From NCBI GenBank assembly GCA_965261005.1, contig OZ253375.1, forward strand, positions 2,656,001-2,720,000: 64,000 bases of DNA, given 5' to 3'. Origin of the DNA: Deinococcus sp. (GTDB taxonomy: Bacteria; Deinococcota; Deinococci; Deinococcales; Deinococcaceae). A model generated the notes under the pieces. That model saw nothing but the letters and a program-made list of their open reading frames with translations, was not told where the DNA came from and searched no databases. The first letter of the stretch is position 1, and every line of letters begins with the position of its first letter. The position numbers and the translations under genes were made by a program. Positions 12,906 through 25,932 of the stretch are shown piece after piece.

Positions 12906-12941
12906 GGGGGGCGCCGTGGCAGACTAGCCACGGCGCCCCCC
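12906..12941. terminator. Intrinsic terminator hairpin (T tail on minus strand)
   Basis: GGGGGGCGCCGTGGC-agacta-GCCACGGCGCCCCCC perfect 15-bp stem. Confidence 0.75.
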
Positions 12942-12947
12942 TGCTCT

Positions 12948-13037
12948 CCCAGCGCCACGGGACCCAGCGCTGTGGCCTCCAGCAGCCACGGCCCGAGCGG
13001 CAAGCTTCCCAACGTCGCCTGCGCCCGCCGCAGCCCG
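12948..13037 (-). pseudogene. Relic of a DUF1206-type gene 3' end
   Basis: GLRRAQATLGSLPLGPWLLEATALGPVALG matches GLRQALATLKTLPLGPWLVALVALGLIALG (19115-19204) at 20/30 aa. Confidence 0.7.
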
Positions 13038-13286
13038 ATGGCGTTGTTCTTCCGCTTGTTTCGCAGGGCGTTCAGCAGCGCCTTGTCGTTTTGGTTGGAG
13101 CTGCGCGCCAGGTGCTTGAGCGCTCTCATAGCGTTGGTGTCACGCGCCCAGCCTTCCAAGCGACCGGGCGCGTTGCGGGCGAAGCGGCGCACGCTGTCGG
13201 CGTTCCAGACCTTGTCAGCAGATGTGCTTCATGCGAACGGTAATCACTGAACCAACGTCTCCGAGGACTTCAATTGCTCTTGGATC

Positions 13287-14752
13287 GTAACTGCTCAGGC
13301 GAAGAAGGGGAGGGAAGGAATGATGGGGTAAGGTGAGCGCATGAACGGCGCAGCGAAGTACAACGAAGTGCTGGCCGAGAACGTCGAGCTGAAACGCCAA
13401 CTGCTGTTGGCACTGGAGCGCATCGCCGAATTGGAACGGCAGCTGAAGCTGAGCAGCAGCTTATCGAGCAAGCCGCCTTCGAGCGACTTTCCCAAGCCAC
13501 CCCGCTACCCCAGTCCTGAGCGCAAGCTTGACAAGGCGAGTGGTGGGCAACGCGGGCGTCAAGGTAAGACGCTGAAGATGGTGGAGCATCCCGATGAAGT
13601 GATCGTCCACCCGCTGTTGGGGCAGTGTCCTTGTGGGGCAAGTTGGGACAGCATCGAAGCGAGCGCGTCGGTGGGACGCCAGGTGTTCGACTTGCCCGAG
13701 GTGAAGCTCTTCGTCACTGAGCACCAGGTGGAGGTGAAGTGCTGCCCTGAGTGTGGACGACGGGAGCAAGCTGCTTTTCCAGCAGCCACACCAAGCCGAG
13801 TGCAATACGGGCCGCACGTGTTGACCCTGGCCTTGTATCTACACCAGACGCAGTATTTGAGTCTGGCACGCACGTGCGAGGCCATGCACGAGTTGTTCGG
13901 AGTGGAGCTGTGTGAAGCGACGGTGCTCAGTGCTAGTGAACGTGCCTATCAGCAGCTGAACGACTTCGAGCAACACGCCCAGCAGGCATTGCAGCGCTCA
14001 GGCGTTCTGCACGCGGACGAAACAAGCTACCGGCAGGACGGTCAAAACGCTTGGCTGCATGTGGTCTCCAACGCCCGTTGGACGCTGCTGAGCGCGCACG
14101 CTTCACGTGGCAAAGCAGCGCTGGTGCAGACAGGCGTGCTGAATGACTTCCAGGGCACCGTGCTGCACGATGCTTACGGGATGTACTTCAGTCTGGACAT
14201 CAAGCACGCGTTGTGCGCTGCCCATTTGCTGCGGGAGTTGCGCGCACTGGTCGAGTTCGAGCACGAAGACTGGGCGGCAGAGATGCAGACGGTGTTGCAT
14301 CGTGCCAGGCAACACGTCGAAGACGCCAAGGTGCAGGGGAACGACCAGTTGTCCCCAGCCCAGCGGCATGAAGTGCAGCAGCGTTACCAAAGCGCCCTCG
14401 CCGCAGGCTTCAAGCACCACGCCACCTTGCCCAAAAGACAGCGTGGCAAGCAGCGGCAGCGTCGGGGCAAGAATCTGCTCGACCGGCTTCACAAACACCA
14501 GGACGCGGTGCTGCGCTTCACTCATGACTTCCGGGTGCCCTTCACCAACAACTTGGCCGAGCGGGACTTGCGCATGGTCAAGCTGCGCCAAAAGGTCTCC
14601 GGCAGCTTCCGAGGCAAGGGGGCCTCACACTTCGCCCGCATTCGCTCCTTCGTCTCGACGCTGCGCAAACAAGGTCACGCTGTTTTCCTCAGCTTGCTTG
14701 CCCTCTTCCTTCCCGCTTTACAGCCCCTGCTGCTTTCCGGCTGAGCAGTTAC
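13287..14752 (+). mobile_element. IS66-family element (single-ORF, ISBst12-like)
   Basis: TIR GTAACTGCTCAG/CTGAGCAGTTAC; 8-bp TSD CTTGGATC at 13279-13286 and 14753-14760. Confidence 0.93.
13341..14744 (+). CDS. IS66 transposase
   Basis: SSKPPSSD, LHADET, LCAAHLLREL, PFTNNLAERDLRMVKLRQKVSG. Confidence 0.93.
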   Translation: MNGAAKYNEVLAENVELKRQLLLALERIAELERQLKLSSSLSSKPPSSDFPKPPRYPSPERKLDKASGGQRGRQGKTLKMVEHPDEVIVHPLLGQCPCGASWDSIEASASVGRQVFDLPEVKLFVTEHQVEVKCCPECGRREQAAFPAATPSRVQYGPHVLTLALYLHQTQYLSLARTCEAMHELFGVELCEATVLSASERAYQQLNDFEQHAQQALQRSGVLHADETSYRQDGQNAWLHVVSNARWTLLSAHASRGKAALVQTGVLNDFQGTVLHDAYGMYFSLDIKHALCAAHLLRELRALVEFEHEDWAAEMQTVLHRARQHVEDAKVQGNDQLSPAQRHEVQQRYQSALAAGFKHHATLPKRQRGKQRQRRGKNLLDRLHKHQDAVLRFTHDFRVPFTNNLAERDLRMVKLRQKVSGSFRGKGASHFARIRSFVSTLRKQGHAVFLSLLALFLPALQPLLLSG

Positions 14753-15097
14753 CTTGGATCGCTGCATAGGTACTTATATTCATTCCACTCCGTTTGTTCA
14801 AGGAAGCAGTGTGCCCTCCATTTGGCGTCGTCTATCATCCAAGGATAGTCTTCTTCAGGAATTTCGTCATAGGATTGAAGCACAGGAAGAGCGTATTGTT
14901 CAATCAAGTCGTCCGTGACTTCTTCTCTACTGCTTAGGTGTTTATAGATTCGGACCAGCGTATGAGCCGTTATAGTTGCTCCATACGTCTGAATGTAGAA
15001 ATCCGGCTCCTTCATCACTTTCTCCCCGAGATGTGTTTCTTGAGCGGGATGACCCAACTCTCGTCAAAACTGTTAAGCTCGGGATCGAGAAGGAATT

Positions 15098-15400
15098 TTA
15101 TAACAGCTTTGCTAATGATCCATCTTCGGAAAGTCTCCATTTCAAGCGTAACCAAAAGCCAGAGTACTGGGGTAGGTCAGGTTCAAGTATCGCAAAAGTT
15201 TTACTTGTAGGAAGATGTACAAACCAATTCTCTTGAATGCCGCCGAAACTTGCTATGCTTTGAACTACTGGCACCTCAATAAAGTCTTTGTTGCCGCTTA
15301 AATACTCTAATAACTCAATCCACTGAGTATGACTAGAGAAATCCATACTTTCCTCAAGCATTACTGAGTAGTCGAAAGAGCTTAGTTCACTGGATGTCAT
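15098..15400 (-). CDS. Putative cognate immunity protein
   Basis: 100 aa, AT-rich, ATGA overlap with the toxin stop; EVPV...ENWF...EPDLP..GFW pattern. Confidence 0.65.
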   Translation of the reverse strand: MTSSELSSFDYSVMLEESMDFSSHTQWIELLEYLSGNKDFIEVPVVQSIASFGGIQENWFVHLPTSKTFAILEPDLPQYSGFWLRLKWRLSEDGSLAKLL

Positions 15401-15725
15401 TTCAGGCGTCCGCCCTTCTTGATCCACTCCTTGGGAACTCGGAACTCGGGTGCGAACATCACTTGATTGCGCCCCCCGACCCACGGTCCACGTTGATAGC
15501 CGGCCTCACCGACAAAAATATGCGTTCCCGCCGGAACCTCAATCTCGACCCAGCGCGTTCCCTGCGTGAAATTGTGCTTCAGGCTCTGCTTTCCCGCGTC
15601 CGTTCTCCAGGACCAGTCGAAGTCGAGCGCAGCGTCCACCCGTACTTGTAAAGAGCCGTGCGGCTTCTCCAACGTCCAAAAACCGCCCAGTTCCCCGTTG
15701 AATTCCGGCGACCACACACGGTAGA

Positions 15726-16914
15726 CTGACATGTTGCAGATTTCATAGGGGTTGTCTGGAACGCGGTTTTGGCCCCAAGCTGGGGTGTGAATCCAAAAGA
15801 AGCACGTTCCAGACAACTCTATTCTGACATCCTCAAGAGCTTCGCTCGTAAGCAGCACCGCGACTCGTTGCGCGTCTTCCTCGACTTGCTCCTCGAAGCC
15901 AAGGGCCGACCATTCCCCAGTCAAGCCACCGTCAAGTCTCCCGCTGCCATCAGCCGGTTTCTCAACCACTACGGCTGGTCCACCCGCTCCCTCGTTCGCG
16001 CCCTGCGTCACCACGCTCAGCAAACGCTCCTCGACTTCTGGCGCTCAGCTCCCCACCAGCGTCCCCGCCTCGAACTCTTGATCGACCTCACCAGCTTGGA
16101 AAAGACCGGCCACTTTGAGCAGTTGGATGACTGGATGCACGTCTACAACGGCGTCCACGGCGTTCATCTGGTCGTCCTCTACCTCTGCTGTGGTCCGCTC
16201 CGCTTGCCCTGGGCCGTCCAGGTCTGGCGCGGTAAAGGCACCCCCTCACCCGCCGTGCTGGCCCTTAAACTGCTCCGCAGCGTTCCCAAGGGGTTGCTCA
16301 GCAGCGGTCGAAAGGCGCGCGTGCATGCCGACGGCGGCTTCGAGTGTGCCACCTTCATCCACGGTGTCCTCGACGTTGGGTTCGATCTGATCGTGGGCGT
16401 GCGCAAAAACCGCAAGCTCGCAGATGGCCGCACCGTCGCCGACCTCACCGTGCGTGGCTCGACCGTCACCCCTCAAGGACTGCGTCAGCACATGACCGTC
16501 TCTTGGGTTTGGCTGTACCGCAACACGCAGCCCGAACAGCGTTTCGTGATGTCCAGCTGCAAACTGGGCGGTGTCTACCTGGCCCGTGTAGGCAAACGTC
16601 GCTGGAAGATCGAGGCGTTCTTCAAAACCATCAAAGGCCGTTTCGGTTTGGAACGCTTTGCCCAGCACAGCAAACAGGGCGCCTTCCGCTTTTGGTGCCT
16701 CTCGACCTTGGCCTTCCTGCTGTGTCACTTGGCCGATCTCGACTTGCCACCACGGCCACCTGGCGAGTGGCCGGATTGGGGTGAACTGGCCAAAGCCCTG
16801 CGGCTCACCCTGCTCGCCGACGTGCGCCGTGCCGCCCTGCTCCTCGAACTCGCCGACCTCGACGCCGCTCAAGACGCCATCCCTACCCACGCTCCTTAAA
16901 CTGCAATATGTCAG
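15726..16914 (+). mobile_element. IS701/IS4-like insertion sequence
   Basis: TIR CTGACATGTTGCAG / CTGCAATATGTCAG (13/14); 4-bp TSD TAGA at 15722-15725 and 16915-16918. Confidence 0.88.
15787..16899 (+). CDS. DDE transposase
   Basis: LIDLTSLEK, VHADGGF, RWKIEAFFKTIK. Confidence 0.88.
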   Translation: MNPKEARSRQLYSDILKSFARKQHRDSLRVFLDLLLEAKGRPFPSQATVKSPAAISRFLNHYGWSTRSLVRALRHHAQQTLLDFWRSAPHQRPRLELLIDLTSLEKTGHFEQLDDWMHVYNGVHGVHLVVLYLCCGPLRLPWAVQVWRGKGTPSPAVLALKLLRSVPKGLLSSGRKARVHADGGFECATFIHGVLDVGFDLIVGVRKNRKLADGRTVADLTVRGSTVTPQGLRQHMTVSWVWLYRNTQPEQRFVMSSCKLGGVYLARVGKRRWKIEAFFKTIKGRFGLERFAQHSKQGAFRFWCLSTLAFLLCHLADLDLPPRPPGEWPDWGELAKALRLTLLADVRRAALLLELADLDAAQDAIPTHAP

Positions 16915-19035
16915 TAGAGCTTGATCGGCTTCGTGAGGGCAAACTCCGTGTATTTGGCTCCTGCAAACGTTGCAGAACCAGAGGAGCGGGAGACCGCACG
17001 TATAGCAGCTTCGTCCTCTAAGCCCTCAAGTGACTTGGTGAGCGGTCCCGCATGGCTGATGTCGTACTCATCAACCTTCTTCCCATATCGTCCCGCCCAC
17101 TTCATGTAGCGCTGGTAGTAGAGCGCTTGCTCGCTCGTCAGCTTGCCGCCGAAGAGCTTGCTTGCCCCCTGCTTGAGCGCTCCCTTGGCGCCCAGCTCCG
17201 CCCCCTCTTTCGCCAGCTTGCCCGTCCCGAGCGTCCCGAGCGTCAGGCCGATGCCCGCCAAAGCGTCGAAGCGGTTGCCCTGCTGCCCTTCCAAGGTGTG
17301 CCCGCTCTTCAGCACCGACAGATCGTTCACGCTCAGGGTGTCGGCCAGCAAGCGCCCCGCCCCGCGCGTGACGCTGGCCCGGGTGAACTGCCCGCGCTCG
17401 TCGCGGAACAGGTCCGGGAGGTGGGCCAGCCCTTTGACCATGTTGACGCCCTGCACATCGGGTCGCCAACTGCCGCTCAGCGACTCGGCCAGTTCGGCGT
17501 AGCCGCTCCGTTTGAGCTGGTTGACCAGGGCGGCTTGCAAGTCAAAGGAGAGGACGGCGCTCACCTGGCTGGCCCAGTCTTGCCACACGCCACGCGGCTT
17601 TCCCGGCTCGGCCAAACGTTGCACGATGCGAGCAGAGGTGTTGAGGGAGGCGAACTTGTCCGCCACCGGCGCCTTGAGAACGCTCGGGATGTTCTTGGCG
17701 GAAGCGTTCTGTGCAAACGCCTTGCCCGCCAGCCTGGCTTCCTGCTCCAAGCCAGCGTCAGGGTCAATGCCCTTGCCCGCGACCTTGCCCTGGGCCTGCT
17801 GCACGGTGTGCGTCACCTCGTGGGCCAGCAGCTCTTGCCCTTCGGCGCTCTCGGTGTCCAGCTTGCCGTGCTGAAAGAAAATGTCCGTTCCGGTAGTGGC
17901 GGCGATGGCCTGAACCGACTTCGCAAAGCTGTGGGCGGCAGGGTCGGCGTGGACCCGCACCGTTTGCAAGTGTTCTCTCGGAATGTTCAGCCCCACTTCC
18001 AATTGCCGCTGTACCGCGAGAGGCAGGGGTTGACCGCTGCCCCTCGGGATCGCTTGGGGAGCAAGGGCGTCTTCCTCTGTCAGCTTCCGTTGCAAGGCGT
18101 GCAGTTCCAGCGCCTTCTGATCCTGCGCTTGGAATTGCTGATGCTCTTGTTCAGCCTCGTCCAGCGCTCTCTGCACCGAAGGCCGCTCACCGGCGGGTAA
18201 ACGTTGCAGGACGACCTGTGCCACGTGTTTCCCTTGCGGCTGGCGTTGCACCAGGGCCAAGCTCTGCCCCAGCTCGGCGTAACGCTGGATGGTGGGGGAA
18301 GTGTCGCTTCGGAAGCGCTGCGCCAAGTCCTGCGCTGCCCGCTGCTGAATGGTCGGCCAGGCGGACATGGAGACGAAGCCGCTGTGCTGGTCGGCCTGCC
18401 GTTGCAACGACACCGCTTCATGGGCGTAGCGCTGGGCGTGGTCGGCGTAGGAAGGCTGTGACCTCGTCGGACCGCTGAAGATGGGGGGCAAGGCCGGCAC
18501 CCCAGCTTGCTCGGCCTGACGTTGTAGCGCGGCTTGCAGGGCGTCCCTGGGCAGGTCGTGTTCCAGTTCGGCGATCTGACGCTGCAAAGCCAACTGCGAT
18601 TGCTGACGCTGCAAGACCAAGGTGCGTTGGACCTGAGCCGCTTCGAGGACTGGGGCGGCGCTTGAACGCTGGGCGACGGCTGGTGTTGCGAAAAACTGCT
18701 GGTAACGCTCAAGGGTGCGCTGTTGCAGGTCAAGCTGGATGGCGGCCTGATCCGGGACTGGCAGCGGGGGGATGTAGCTGATCTGCGGCGCTGCGGCTGC
18801 CCTTTGCTGACCTTGCGGCTTGCGCTCCTCGTAGTCGGACATTAGATCCTCCTGTGATGGTCCCAGCGTATATGATTTGCGCTTCCAAAGGGCATGAATT
18901 TCGCCCATGCCAACTTCGCCTGACCGGTCATGTTCGTTCATATTGCGGAGGGCTGTATCTTTATTCCTGCTCGTTACCAAAACGAACAGATTTTAAACTG
19001 TTCGGAATCTGTTTCATGCGACCTTGTTCTAGGGG

Positions 19036-19884
19036 CTACTCGATCACTGCGCGCTCCCGCTCTTCCAACGCGATTGGCACCCGGCGGTAAATGGCCTGCA
19101 CGACGCTGAAGATGCCCAGCGCGATCAGGCCCAGCGCCACCAGGGCCACCAACCACGGTCCCAGCGGCAGGGTCTTCAGGGTTGCCAGCGCCTGGCGCAG
19201 CCCGCCCGCCTCCTGCACGTTGTTCCTGTAACCTGCCAGCACCAGAAAGACGCCGACCGTGGCGACGATGACGGCCCGCGCGATCAGGCCCCAGCGGCCG
19301 AGCTGCGTGGCGAGGGCCAATCCCAGGGGATGCAGGCGCCCTTCATCTATGCCGGCCAGAAACAGCTTGCGCCACGCGACGTAGACCTGGTCGGTTGCCA
19401 GACCCAGCGCCACCAGGCCGCCCGCAACGATCAGCCACGGCCCGGCGGAGAAGGCCAGGAAGCGCCCGGTCCACTTCTCGGCCTGGCTGCCTGAACTGCC
19501 CCAGTTCCCCAGCGCAATGCTGATCGCCAGCCAAGCCAGCCCGGAATAGATGACGCCGTTGACCAGCGCGCCGCCGCGCCTGAGCCAGCCCAACCAGGTG
19601 CGGCCCTCCTCCTCCGCGTCAAACACCGCCCACAGCGCCTGCCACGCGGCGAAGCCCACGAAGCCCAGCGCCAGCACGCCCAGCAGCAGCTGCCCCGACC
19701 AGGCGGCGCCCAACTGCACAAAGGCGCCCCGAAAGTTCTTGGGCAGGTCATAACTGGTCAGTGCCGCGCGCAGGGCGAAGGCGCCCAGCACCGCGTAGGT
19801 GAAGCCGATGGCCGCGAAGCCCAGCCGGGCCAAGCGCACGATCCACGGCGCGGCCACGGCCAAAGCGCGCCTGAAGATGGTCAC
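19036..19884 (-). CDS. DUF1206 membrane protein
   Basis: LARLGFAA..., repeated G.W/QLL..ALG helices, GLRQAL.TL..PLGPWL. Confidence 0.8.
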   Translation of the reverse strand: MTIFRRALAVAAPWIVRLARLGFAAIGFTYAVLGAFALRAALTSYDLPKNFRGAFVQLGAAWSGQLLLGVLALGFVGFAAWQALWAVFDAEEEGRTWLGWLRRGGALVNGVIYSGLAWLAISIALGNWGSSGSQAEKWTGRFLAFSAGPWLIVAGGLVALGLATDQVYVAWRKLFLAGIDEGRLHPLGLALATQLGRWGLIARAVIVATVGVFLVLAGYRNNVQEAGGLRQALATLKTLPLGPWLVALVALGLIALGIFSVVQAIYRRVPIALEERERAVIE

Positions 19885-19955
19885 GGCCTCAAGCTAGCTC
19901 GCTGGGCGCGCGGCAAGGGTAAGCGCCCAGCCCCTTCTTGTGAGTACACTGCGGC

Positions 19956-21260
<1,305 letters not shown>

Positions 21261-21269
21261 AGTCGGGCC

Positions 21270-21644
21270 ATGCGCTTTTTCCTGATCAAGCTGGGCGTGA
21301 ACGCCCTGGCGCTGTGGCTGACCAGCCAGCTGGTGTCCGGCGTCTTTTTCGAGCGCGGCGCGGGCCTCTGGGACGTGCTGCTGGCCGCCCTGGTGCTGGG
21401 GCTGGTGAACGCCCTGATCCGGCCGCTGCTGTTGCTGCTGACCCTGCCCATCACGCTGCTGACGCTGGGGTTGTTCGCGCTGGTCGTGAACGCCGCCGTC
21501 TTGTGGCTGGTGGCGGCCGTGACGCGGCTCGACCTCACCGGCTTCGGCGGCGCCTTTTGGGGCGCCCTGGTGCTGGCAATCGTGAGCTGGCTGCTGGACG
21601 TGACCTTGGAGCGCGCCCTGCTGCCGGACAGGCGCTTCAAATAA
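21270..21644 (+). CDS. Phage holin-like 4-TM membrane protein (YvlD type)
   Basis: LVNALIRPLL..LTLPI..LTLGLF.LVVNA. Confidence 0.85.
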   Translation: MRFFLIKLGVNALALWLTSQLVSGVFFERGAGLWDVLLAALVLGLVNALIRPLLLLLTLPITLLTLGLFALVVNAAVLWLVAAVTRLDLTGFGGAFWGALVLAIVSWLLDVTLERALLPDRRFK

Positions 21645-21665
21645 AGCTGCCTGTAGACTAACCCG

Positions 21666-22283
21666 ATGCTGATCACTCTTGCGTGGACAGATCCCCTTCT
21701 TTTCGTCATTATTCTTGCCTGTCTGGTCATGTCCCTGACCGTACACGAATTTGCGCATGCCTGGACCGCTAACTACTACGGCGACCCGACTGCCCGATTG
21801 CAAGGCCGGCTGACCCTCAATCCGATCAAACACCTCGATCCTATAGGCACCCTGCTGATGCTATTTACTTACTTCGGCTTCGCGCGCCCGGTGCCGGTCA
21901 ACTTCAATCGTGTAGGCCGCTGGGGCATGCTGGCGGTGGCCGCTGCCGGCCCAATTTCTAATCTTTTGGTTGCACTTCTAAGCGTGCTGCTGCTGCGACT
22001 ATTTGGTAACACCCCTGAGGTCACAAGCGGCATATTGATCCTGTTTTCTATCAACGTAGTGCTGGCGGTCTTCAACCTGATCCCGATCCCATTGCTGGAT
22101 GGCAGCCGCATCTTTGCGGCGCTGTTTCCGAACACCCTCGGCCGCTCGCTGGCCGACTTTGAGCGGCTGCCCTACGCCTTTTTGCTGGTGTTCGGCTTCA
22201 TCTTTTTAGCGCGCGGCCCTATCCTTCAGTTCGTCATATACGCCCAACGGCTGGCGTTGCAACTGGCGGGCAGCGTCTTCTGA
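21666..22283 (+). CDS. Site-2 protease (M50 peptidase)
   Basis: HEFAH, AGPISN, FNLIPIPLLDG. Confidence 0.92.
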   Translation: MLITLAWTDPLLFVIILACLVMSLTVHEFAHAWTANYYGDPTARLQGRLTLNPIKHLDPIGTLLMLFTYFGFARPVPVNFNRVGRWGMLAVAAAGPISNLLVALLSVLLLRLFGNTPEVTSGILILFSINVVLAVFNLIPIPLLDGSRIFAALFPNTLGRSLADFERLPYAFLLVFGFIFLARGPILQFVIYAQRLALQLAGSVF

Positions 22284-22347
22284 GGACGCCGCGTGGACCT
22301 CGATTCCTAGACGTCGACCGACAGGGCGTGTCACCCTGCCATCCTCT

Positions 22348-24993
<2,646 letters not shown>

Positions 24994-25041
24994 TTAGGGA
25001 GAGGCGAGGAGCTTGAGGAGGGTTTCGCGGTACTCATCACT

Positions 25042-25932
25042 AGACCTCTTGCGAAAGTCGTGGGTTAAGCTCAAGGGGTGGAGCGAGATCGCCTGAGACG
25101 GACACTGAAGATGAACCGCAAGCAGTTCCGCCGACGCACCGGGGTGTATCCCGAAACCTTCGCCCAGATGGAAGCGGTGCTGATCGAGCGAGAAGGACAG
25201 AAGAAGAAATCTGGTCGTCCAGCCGCGCTCAGGGTGGCTGAACAACTTCTGATGACACTGGAATTCTGGCGCGAGTACCGCACCTTCGCGCACCTGGGTG
25301 ACGACTGGGGCGTCCATGAGACCACGGTGCACCGCACGGTGGAACGTGTCGAAGAAGCCCTGATCGCCAGCCAGCAGTTCCAGATGCCTAGAAAGCGCGT
25401 GTTCCAGCAAGCGCAGACGGTCTACAGCATCGTGGCCGTCGATGCGTCCGAAGTGCCGTGTGAACGACCCAAAAAAAGCAGCGCCGCTGGTACAGCGGCA
25501 AGAAGAAGCGGCACACCTTGAAGTTCCAAGTCCTGATCTGTACCGTGACTCAGCACATCCTGGGCACGGCGACGAGTGCTGGAGCCATCCATGATCTCAA
25601 GCTGTTTCGGCAGTCTGGGGTACGGTTTCCTCATGACACGGCCCTGATCGGGGATGCGGGGTATCAGGGTTTGTGGAGAAGCCACGGGCACGCCATCACC
25701 ACGCATAAGGCGACCAAGTCCAAGCCGTTGACCAAAGAGCAGCGTCGAGAAAACCGGGTGCTGGCCTATACCCGCCAAGGAATCGAACACGTCATCCGTC
25801 GCATGAAGGTCTTTCGGGTGCTCAAGGGCGTCTACCGACATCGGCGGCGTCGCTTTGCCCTTCGGGTTCAGCTCATCGCCGCCCTCTGTAACCTTACCCG
25901 CGCCCAACCCTCCTGACTTTCGCAAGAGGTCT
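25042..25932 (+). mobile_element. IS5-family element (ISL2/IS702-like)
   Basis: 18-bp perfect TIR AGACCTCTTGCGAAAGTC; 3-bp TSD ACT at 25039-25041 and 25933-25935. Confidence 0.92.
25078..25916 (+). CDS. IS5 transposase in two frames joined by -1 frameshift at A7 (25471-25477)
   Basis: HTH ORF ending ERPKK; second frame continues QRRWYSGKKKRHTLK..HD..GDAGYQG..IEH. Confidence 0.82.

Larger units (their letters stand above)
13215..15015 (-). pseudogene. Small acidic protein (putative second/orphan immunity gene) split by IS66
   Basis: Removing the IS and one TSD joins MKEPDF...KYLCSDPR to AIEVLGDVGSVITVRMKHIC* in frame (108 aa). Confidence 0.65.
15397..18842 (-). pseudogene. DUF4157 (eCIS core domain) polymorphic toxin interrupted by IS
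   Basis: GSGQPLP..VRVH..A.ATT GTDIFF..LLAHEVTHTVQQ; pre-toxin-like linker; excising the IS restores KPIKLY|RVWSPEF in frame (750 aa); RBS AGGAGG. Confidence 0.85.

Noticed and set aside
18965..19015. Overlapping palindromes GAACAG..CTGTTC / AACAGATT..AATCTGTT upstream of the toxin
   Set aside because: Could be an operator, but no second copy was found upstream of the other effector cassette, so it is unsupported.
21270..21644. Holin as evidence of a prophage
   Set aside because: YvlD-type membrane protein in housekeeping context, with no phage genes nearby.
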